Source: Marinobacterium zhoushanense
GTDB taxonomy: Bacteria > Pseudomonadota > Gammaproteobacteria > Pseudomonadales > Balneatricaceae
Assembly: GCF_014641945.1 (NCBI RefSeq)
Contig: NZ_BMIJ01000005.1
Location: 222,718 to 286,717 of the forward strand
Length of the DNA: 64,000 nucleotides
Direction: 5' to 3'
Each line of letters opens with the position of its first letter. Positions within the stretch are counted from its first letter, which is position 1. A program made the translations under genes and the position numbers. Positions 57,607 to 64,000 of the stretch are shown piece by piece. The notes below the pieces were generated by a model. That model saw nothing but the letters and a program-made list of their open reading frames with translations, did not search any database and was not told where the DNA came from.

Positions 57607-58155
57607 ATGGGACATGCAAAAGAGAACGCGGTGTTCGTGCCGCTCAATATCGCGGTACTGACGGTGTCGGACACCCGCACCCGGGACACCGACAGCTCGG
57701 GTGATACCCTGCACGCGGCGCTGGAGGAGACCGGACATCGCCTGGCCGATCGCCAGATCCGGCCCGACGATATCTACCAGCTGCGGGCGCAGGTGTCGCA
57801 GTGGATCGCCGATGCCGCTGTCCAGGTGATCCTGGTTACCGGCGGCACCGGCTTCACGCCGCGTGACAATACACCGGAAGCGCTGTTGCCGCTGTTCGAT
57901 AAACAGATCGAGGGCTACGGAGAGCTGTTCCGTCAGCTCTCCTACGAGGAGATCGGCACCTCCACCATCCAGTCCCGCGCCGTAGCCGGGGTGGCCAATC
58001 GCACGGTGATCTTCGCCATGCCCGGCTCGCCCAAGGCCTGCCGTACCGCCTGGGAGCGGGTGATCCGCGAACAGCTCGATGCGCGTCACCGTCCCTGCAA
58101 CTTCGTCGAGATGGTGCTGCCCGATGCGGTTAGCGCCTGCGGGCCGCGATCATGA
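57607..58155 (+). CDS. moaB: Molybdenum cofactor biosynthesis protein MoaB
   Basis: Collinear with E. coli MoaB (…ILVTGGTGFTPRDNTPEALLPLFDKQIEGYGELFR…GSPKACRTAWE…). Confidence 0.85.
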   Translation: MGHAKENAVFVPLNIAVLTVSDTRTRDTDSSGDTLHAALEETGHRLADRQIRPDDIYQLRAQVSQWIADAAVQVILVTGGTGFTPRDNTPEALLPLFDKQIEGYGELFRQLSYEEIGTSTIQSRAVAGVANRTVIFAMPGSPKACRTAWERVIREQLDARHRPCNFVEMVLPDAVSACGPRS

Positions 58156-59381
58156 GCGGTTGCGGCTGCGATAGCGGCGAGCTGATGCCGCTGAGCCAGG
58201 CGCTCGAACGCCTGCTGGCCGATGTCCGGCCGCTGGTCGAGACCGAGTCGGTTGGCGTTGAACAGGCGCGGTGCCGGGTACTGGCGCAGGATCTGCTGTC
58301 CTCCATTGCCGTGCCACCGGCGGACAACAGCGCCATGGACGGATATGCCGTCAACACCGCGGGCCTGCCGGAGGATCTGCGGCTGCCAGTCAGCCAGCGT
58401 ATACCCGCCGGTGCCCAGGGGCAGCCGCTGCAGCCCGGTACGGCGGCGCGCATCTTCACCGGCTCGGAGATTCCGCCCGGTGCCGATGCGGTGATCATGC
58501 AGGAGCAGTGCGAACAGCAGGGTGAATATGTGCAGCTCAACCGCCGGCCTCAGACCGGCGATCATATCCGCCCTGCCGGCCAGGATATCCGTCCCGGCCA
58601 GTGTGCGGTGCCGGCCGGGACGCGGCTCGATGCCCGTCATCTGGGGGTAATCGCGTCGGTGGGTATCGATCGTGTGCCGGTATACCGTCGCCTCAGGGTG
58701 GCGGTGCTGAACACAGGTGACGAACTGCTGATGCCGGGGCAGCCGAACCAGCCGGGTAAGATCTACAACTCCAATTACTTCACCCTCAAGGGCCTGCTGG
58801 AGCCGCTCGGCGTCGACGTGATCTTCTCCGGTGTGGTCGAAGACAGCTTGGCGACCACCCGCGATGCGCTGGCGCTGGCGGCACAGCAGAGCGACCTGAT
58901 CCTGAGCAGTGGCGGCGTCTCGGTGGGCGAGGAGGACCACGTCAAGGCGGCGGTGCAGAGTTTGGGCGAGCTTGGCCTTTGGCGCATGGCAATCAAACCC
59001 GGCAAGCCGCTGGCCTATGGTCGCGTCGGTACGACGCCGTTCATCGGTCTGCCCGGTAATCCGGCGGCGGTGCTGGTCACCTTCCTGATGCTGGCCCGGC
59101 CCTATTTGCTGAAAATGCAGGGCTGCACGGCACTGCAACCGAGCTGCTTCCAGCTGCCGGCCGGATTTGGCCGCGAACGGGCCATTCCACGCGACGAGTT
59201 TATCCGCGCCCGGCTGGTGCAGGGCGAGGCGGGGCTGCAGGCGGCACCGCTGGATAACCAGAGCTCCGGCGTACTCAGCTCGGCGATTCGGGCCGGGGGG
59301 CTGCTGCTGATCCCCGCCGGCGAGCGTGTGGCGCCGGGGCAGCTGTTGAACTTCTATCCCTTCCACGGCGTACTGGACTGA
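58152..59381 (+). CDS. moeA: Molybdopterin molybdotransferase MoeA
   Basis: 409 aa MoeA family (…SSGGVSVGEEDHVK…); start overlaps the moaB stop. Confidence 0.9.
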   Translation: MSGCGCDSGELMPLSQALERLLADVRPLVETESVGVEQARCRVLAQDLLSSIAVPPADNSAMDGYAVNTAGLPEDLRLPVSQRIPAGAQGQPLQPGTAARIFTGSEIPPGADAVIMQEQCEQQGEYVQLNRRPQTGDHIRPAGQDIRPGQCAVPAGTRLDARHLGVIASVGIDRVPVYRRLRVAVLNTGDELLMPGQPNQPGKIYNSNYFTLKGLLEPLGVDVIFSGVVEDSLATTRDALALAAQQSDLILSSGGVSVGEEDHVKAAVQSLGELGLWRMAIKPGKPLAYGRVGTTPFIGLPGNPAAVLVTFLMLARPYLLKMQGCTALQPSCFQLPAGFGRERAIPRDEFIRARLVQGEAGLQAAPLDNQSSGVLSSAIRAGGLLLIPAGERVAPGQLLNFYPFHGVLD

Positions 59382-59385
59382 CAGG

Positions 59386-59988
59386 ATGAGCGGAGTAAGT
59401 GAAACCGGTATGACGGCGCTTGCCGCGGTGATCCTGGCCGGCGGGCAGGGGCGGCGCATGGGCGGATGTGACAAGGGGCTGGTGCCGTTTCGCCAGGTGC
59501 CGATGGTGAGCTGGAGCCTGGTGGCGGCACAGGCGGAGGTGACGCAGGTGCTGATCAGCTGCAACCGCAACCCGCTGGAGTACGCCCGCCTCGGGGTGCC
59601 GCTGGTACAGGATCGCCAGGCCGGCTTCAATGGACCGCTAAGCGGTATTCAGGCGGCGATGGCGGCTCTGGAACCGGAGATCGGTCATCTGCTGGTGCTG
59701 CCCTGCGATACGCCGCTGATCAGCGGCGATCTGGTGCGTAGCCTGATCGACGTCGCCCGACGCAACCCCGCGCATATCGTGCATCTGCGGAGCGAGGGGC
59801 AACCGCACTACCTGCACGCGGTGATCCCCTGCCGCTATCGCGACAGCCTGGATCTCTGGCTCGAATCAGGGCAACAGGCGGTGGGGCGCTGGTATGCCCA
59901 GCACCCGGTCATGCGGCTGGCGGTGGATGAGCAGGCCCATCGCCTGCTCAATCTGAACAGCCCGGAGCAGCTCCGGGCCAGTGCTTAA
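59386..59988 (+). CDS. mobA: Molybdenum cofactor guanylyltransferase MobA
   Basis: LAGGQGRRMGG…DKGL motif; ~200 aa. Confidence 0.85.
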   Translation: MSGVSETGMTALAAVILAGGQGRRMGGCDKGLVPFRQVPMVSWSLVAAQAEVTQVLISCNRNPLEYARLGVPLVQDRQAGFNGPLSGIQAAMAALEPEIGHLLVLPCDTPLISGDLVRSLIDVARRNPAHIVHLRSEGQPHYLHAVIPCRYRDSLDLWLESGQQAVGRWYAQHPVMRLAVDEQAHRLLNLNSPEQLRASA

Positions 59989-60008
59989 GATAGGCGAGGG
60001 ACCGGGTT

Positions 60009-60431
60009 TTACCCCTGACGCTCGATAAACATCGCGGTGACGCTGTCCATGGTGTTGATATGGTTGATAAACCAGGGTACGACGCTGTCGGCCAGGTAAT
60101 TCTGCAAGGACGCTGCCGGCATACCCTCTCGCCACTCTTCGATCACCGCGTTGAACTCCTCCAGTACACGCTCATGCTCGCCCTTGTGCACCGGGTAGGC
60201 GGGAAATCCGGTACGCTCCATCTCCGCCTGCTCATGCGCGAAATGGTCGCGGTTATGCTCATAGAACTGATCCAGTAGCGCAGTGACTGCTGTACGGTCC
60301 TGGCTGGCACCGCTGGCCAGTTGATCGAGCGCTGCATTGAGAAGGTTGATCAGTGCGCCGGCCTCGGCATGATCCTCGTTCATAAAATCGAGTTCGACCT
60401 GGGGCAGGGTATCGGTGGAGAGAAGCGTCAT
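60009..60431 (-). CDS. Hemerythrin-like (bacteriohemerythrin) domain protein
   Basis: H…HF…E…H…H metal-ligand pattern (…DHAEAGAL…HFAHEQAEME…HKGEHERVL…); convergent with mobA. Confidence 0.65.
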   Translation of the reverse strand: MTLLSTDTLPQVELDFMNEDHAEAGALINLLNAALDQLASGASQDRTAVTALLDQFYEHNRDHFAHEQAEMERTGFPAYPVHKGEHERVLEEFNAVIEEWREGMPAASLQNYLADSVVPWFINHINTMDSVTAMFIERQG

Positions 60432-60698
60432 TCGGGTACCTGCAGATTGGCTTGGGTGAGTGTACCCGAACTCTAGCCGATCGTTTCGCCACGCTGATTG
60501 ACCGATATCAAGTGCCATCCTGTTCCGCGACCGGTGCGCGCCGCGGCGCCTCTGCGCGCGAAAACTTAACCTGGATCAATAATTGGATCGGTCGGGCCTA
60601 GCTGTACCACTTCCGAGATATGGTCGCCCTGTAGGTGCTGTGGGAATGTGAACTCAGCCCTATGGGGCCGACCTTTCCACAACAAGAGGATCGATACC

Positions 60699-61205
60699 AT
60701 GGCTATACCCAAGTCTCTCGTTGCAGCCGATATCATGTCCCGCGATCTGCTTACCGCAAAGGCTCACTGGTCGTTGCAGACGCTGATCGAGTTCTTTATC
60801 AAACATAAGATCACCGGCGCTCCGGTACTGTCCGATAAACAGGAGCTGATCGGTGTGGTCAGCTTGTCCGATCTGCTCAAGTTCGATGCCATCACCGCAC
60901 ACACACCCAGCGAAAATCCGATGGCGCAGTACTACTACTCGTCTCTGGACGGGGCCAGCATCGATGAACTCGGTATCAAGGAGTCGAACCCGCACCTGAG
61001 CCATCTGGTCAGTGAGATCATGACACCTGCGATCATCTCGACGCCCTCCTCGACGCCAGTCACCGAACTGGCCGCGATCCTGTGCGATAAGGCGATCCAC
61101 CGCATCTTCATCACCGACGGCAAGAGGCTGTGCGGTGTGGTGTCCACGCTGGATATTCTCAAGCATTTGAGCGAGCTGACGCAGCCAGAGTGTGAGCTGT
61201 GCTGA
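60699..61205 (+). CDS. CBS-pair domain protein (paralog 1)
   Basis: Two CBS motifs; ~70% identical to the ORF at 61583..62119. Confidence 0.7.
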   Translation: MAIPKSLVAADIMSRDLLTAKAHWSLQTLIEFFIKHKITGAPVLSDKQELIGVVSLSDLLKFDAITAHTPSENPMAQYYYSSLDGASIDELGIKESNPHLSHLVSEIMTPAIISTPSSTPVTELAAILCDKAIHRIFITDGKRLCGVVSTLDILKHLSELTQPECELC

Positions 61206-61453
61206 TACTGAAGTACTTTGCCAGCCTGCGCGAGCAGCTGGCCCGGGATGAGGAGCATATTGCGCTGCCGGCCCAAGTCACCACGCTGGCCGAGCTGATC
61301 GAGCATCTGGGCACAGAGCGCGATGAGTGCTGGTTGAGGGCTCTAACCGCGACGCCGGTAGTCACTGCGGTCAATCAGGAGGTGTGTGGCCCTGAGCAGA
61401 GGATCTGCGACGGTGATGAGATCGCATTCTTTCCGCCGGTAACCGGGGGGTAG
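61199..61453 (+). CDS. moaD: Molybdopterin synthase sulfur-carrier subunit MoaD
   Basis: 84 aa ThiS/MoaD fold ending in Gly-Gly; GTG start overlaps the CBS gene stop. Confidence 0.8.
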   Translation: MLILKYFASLREQLARDEEHIALPAQVTTLAELIEHLGTERDECWLRALTATPVVTAVNQEVCGPEQRICDGDEIAFFPPVTGG

Positions 61454-61582
61454 CGGAAAAGTCAGCGCAAAACAGCTGGAGCCGCAGTTTTGTGCCAGAC
61501 TGACTAGCGAAGTGCTAACCCCCTGGCCGGGATCACGCTATCGGGAGGTCGCCCGGTCTGAAACAGTATGAGGAGCCAGATC

Positions 61583-62119
61583 ATGAGTTCCCATTCACAG
61601 CTAGTCGCTACCGATATCATGTCCCGCGACCTGCTCACGGCGGAGGAGCATTGGTCGTTGCAGACGCTGATCGATTTCTTTATCCGTTACCGTATTACCG
61701 GTGCCCCGGTGCTGTGCGACAACAAGGAGCTGGTCGGCGTGGTCAGCCTGACCGATATCCTGACCTTCGATGGCAAGTCTGAACACAGTCCCGGTGAGAA
61801 TCCGATGTCGGATTACTACTACAGTGCGCTGGAGGGAACCAGTGTCGATGACCTGGGGCTCAAGGAGGGCAACCCGCATCTGAGCCATAGGGTCAGCGAG
61901 ATCATGACCCCGTCGATTATCTCCGCACCGACGTCGACACCGGTGATGAAACTGGCGGAAATCCTGTGTGAAAAGGGGATTCACCGTATCTTCATTACCG
62001 AGGGTAAAAGCCTGTGCGGTGTCGTGACCACGCTCGATATCCTCAGGTACCTGACCGAGCTGGCGGCCCAGGTGCAACCGGCGCCGATGCTGTCCGGGAG
62101 CCGCTCTGACGCCTCCTGA
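61583..62119 (+). CDS. CBS-pair domain protein (paralog 2)
   Basis: As paralog 1. Confidence 0.7.
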   Translation: MSSHSQLVATDIMSRDLLTAEEHWSLQTLIDFFIRYRITGAPVLCDNKELVGVVSLTDILTFDGKSEHSPGENPMSDYYYSALEGTSVDDLGLKEGNPHLSHRVSEIMTPSIISAPTSTPVMKLAEILCEKGIHRIFITEGKSLCGVVTTLDILRYLTELAAQVQPAPMLSGSRSDAS

Positions 62120-62207
62120 GAAAATTGTCGGGGTGTAACAACTTTTTTCTGATTGCGGGCTAAAGTTGTTGTATTGGTCGTCAAACCAAGGGAACAGGGA
62201 GCACAGG

Positions 62208-63761
62208 ATGCGCATCAATAAGCCGGTTACCGCACAGGAACGACGTTTTGAACCCGAACAGAAACTGATCTCGACCACCGATGCCAAGGGCGTGATCGTG
62301 CACTGCAATCAGGCGTTTATCGAGGTCAGCGGCTTTTCCAGGGAGGAGCTGATCGGTAAGCCGCATAATCTGGTGCGCCACCCGGATATGCCGCCGCAGG
62401 CGTTCAGCATCATGTGGGAACATCTGAAGGCGGGCAAGCCCTGGATGGGGCTGGTGAAAAACCGCTGCAAGAACGGTGACTACTACTGGGTGAACGCCTA
62501 TGTCACGCCGATCACCGAGCGTGGCAAGATCGTTGGCTACGAATCGGTGCGGGTGTGTCCGCAGCGGGCCGACGTAGAGCGGGCACAGCGAGTCTACGAC
62601 CGCCTGAACCGGGGTAAGGCCGCGCTGTCGTTCAGGCTGCCCATGCCACATTGGTTGATTCTGGGCGCAGCGCTGCTGGCGGCAATGATTCTTGCGCTCA
62701 ATACACTCTATCTTCCCGCGCTTGTCCTGATGGCGCTCGGTGCAGTCGCAGCGCTGGGGCTTCAGCAGCTGTCGATTACACGCGCACTGGCCGGCACCCT
62801 GGCGCTGGTTGCGAAATCCTTCCGCCACCCGGTTGCGGTGGCGACCTATACCGACAACCAGGGGGGAATAGGCGAGCTCCAGGTGGCGATACTCAGTGAG
62901 CTGGCCCACCTGGAAACGGCGCTGACCAGAATCGAGGACGCCGCCAAAAGCGTGGCGCAGGAGGCACGGTCCGCCCAGGCGCTGTCGCAGTCTTCGTATG
63001 AAGCGCTTGGCCGCCAGCAGGACGACACCGAGCAGGTCGCCGCCGCGGTGCATCAGATGACCGCCACGATCAATGAGGTGTCCGGTCATGTGCAGGAGAC
63101 CGCACACCAGGCAGAGAGTGCCAACCAGGTGGCGCGCTCGGGCAACGACTTTGCACTGACGGCGAGGGCGTCGATCGACCAGCTGCGCCGCACCGTGGAT
63201 GATATCGCCCAAGCGATTGGTGACCTGGTTCAGCAGACGCACCTGATCGCCAATGCGGCCGGCATCATCGAACAGATTGCCGAGCAGACCAATCTGCTGG
63301 CGCTGAATGCGGCGATCGAAGCCGCCCGCGCCGGGGAGCATGGCCGGGGGTTCGCCGTAGTTGCCGACGAAGTGCGGCAGTTGGCGCAGCGTACCCAGAA
63401 CTCCACCTCCGAGATCCACCAGATCCTGTCGACGCTGCGCAGAAGCGTCGACAGCTCCGTAGCGGTGGCCAGCGAAGGGCAGAGCCGGGCCCAGGAGGGG
63501 CTGAGTAATGTCGAGGAGACGACGCAGATCCTCACCCAGATCTCGGGGATGATGGCCAATATCGCCAATATGTCGCTGCAGATGGCGACGGCGGTAGAGG
63601 AGCAGGCCCATGTGTCCGAAGAGATCGGCCGGCAGATCACCAGCATCGCCGATATCTCGGCGCACAGCCTGCAGGAGACCTCGGAGTCATCCAGCATGAT
63701 GAAGAAACTGCGCGGTGTAGCGGGTCAGATGAATGAGCTGGTGGTCGGCTTCAGACATTAA
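62208..63761 (+). CDS. aer: Aer-like aerotaxis receptor (N-terminal PAS-FAD domain, membrane hairpin, MCP signalling domain)
   Basis: Collinear with E. coli Aer (…[13 protein letters not shown]…[24 protein letters not shown]… and the highly conserved MCP region …[34 protein letters not shown]…). Confidence 0.85.
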   Translation: MRINKPVTAQERRFEPEQKLISTTDAKGVIVHCNQAFIEVSGFSREELIGKPHNLVRHPDMPPQAFSIMWEHLKAGKPWMGLVKNRCKNGDYYWVNAYVTPITERGKIVGYESVRVCPQRADVERAQRVYDRLNRGKAALSFRLPMPHWLILGAALLAAMILALNTLYLPALVLMALGAVAALGLQQLSITRALAGTLALVAKSFRHPVAVATYTDNQGGIGELQVAILSELAHLETALTRIEDAAKSVAQEARSAQALSQSSYEALGRQQDDTEQVAAAVHQMTATINEVSGHVQETAHQAESANQVARSGNDFALTARASIDQLRRTVDDIAQAIGDLVQQTHLIANAAGIIEQIAEQTNLLALNAAIEAARAGEHGRGFAVVADEVRQLAQRTQNSTSEIHQILSTLRRSVDSSVAVASEGQSRAQEGLSNVEETTQILTQISGMMANIANMSLQMATAVEEQAHVSEEIGRQITSIADISAHSLQETSESSSMMKKLRGVAGQMNELVVGFRH

Positions 63762-63788
63762 CGCGAGGCTGAAACCAAGTAACACAAA

Positions 63789-63820
63789 CCCCGTTATGGA
63801 CGGCCATAACGGGGTTTTTT
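63789..63820 (+). terminator. Rho-independent terminator after aer
   Basis: CCCCGTTATGG-acgg-CCATAACGGGG hairpin followed by TTTTTT. Confidence 0.7.
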
Positions 63821-63835
63821 AGCGGTGTAGGCTTA

Positions 63836-64000
63836 GCTGTTTGTCCATCCATCCAGGTTGTAGTCGCTCATGCACCGGATCGACAGCTTGCGCATTTTCG
63901 CCATCTCGCCGGTGGCGCGGGCGGCGCCCAGGCACTGAACGCGGATCGCGTCGGCGGCGCCGGCATAGTTCAACTCGTACAGGTGGTGACGGCCACCGAA
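63836..64000 (-). CDS. 3' end of an unidentified minus-strand CDS running off the window
   Basis: Open frame (…MAKMRKLSIRCMSDYNLDGWTNS*) with GC3-rich codon usage; too short to identify. Confidence 0.25.

Noticed and set aside
1-64000. Search for transposases, integrases, IS elements and toxin-antitoxin pairs
   Set aside because: No ORF with DDE/tyrosine-recombinase/serine-recombinase features or typical TA architecture was found; mobility of the putative island cannot be supported by an encoded recombinase.

Overview
GC-rich (~60-65%) chromosomal segment of a Pseudomonas-like gammaproteobacterium, dominated by an anaerobic-respiration / nitrate locus. In order: glcE(partial)-glcF and housekeeping genes; a Na/Pi cotransporter, a YceI protein and an OmpR/EnvZ-like two-component pair; an operon FNT channel -> PP2C/Ser-Thr-kinase fusion -> cyanase (cynS), preceded by a leader terminator hairpin; a large adenylation-carrier-membrane acyltransferase fusion gene; a NasR-like NIT/ANTAR regulator; O2-independent ubiquinone genes ubiU-ubiV (+) and ubiT (-); a split class III ribonucleotide reductase (nrdD plus a separate 49-aa glycyl-radical ORF, then nrdG); a second PP2C/kinase fusion downstream of a NarK transporter; a low-GC islet of three hypothetical genes; an SPFH protein; a tRNA-like pseudo-element; rtcA-rtcB with divergent sigma54 activator rtcR; narX-narL; narK1-narK2; a YcaQ-like gene; narGHJI; a parvulin PPIase; a beta-carbonic anhydrase; moaA, a Dnr-type regulator, moaB, moeA, mobA, a hemerythrin, CBS-moaD-CBS, and an Aer-like aerotaxis receptor. 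No transposase, integrase or CRISPR array was seen. Candidate FNR boxes precede ubiU, nrdD, narK1, narG and narK. A conserved ~20-bp motif sits about 35-45 bp upstream of the FNR box in the narG, narK1 and narK promoters. Many long ORFs antisense to real genes in the provided track are GC-driven artefacts. Coordinates of features located by eye may be off by a few bases.
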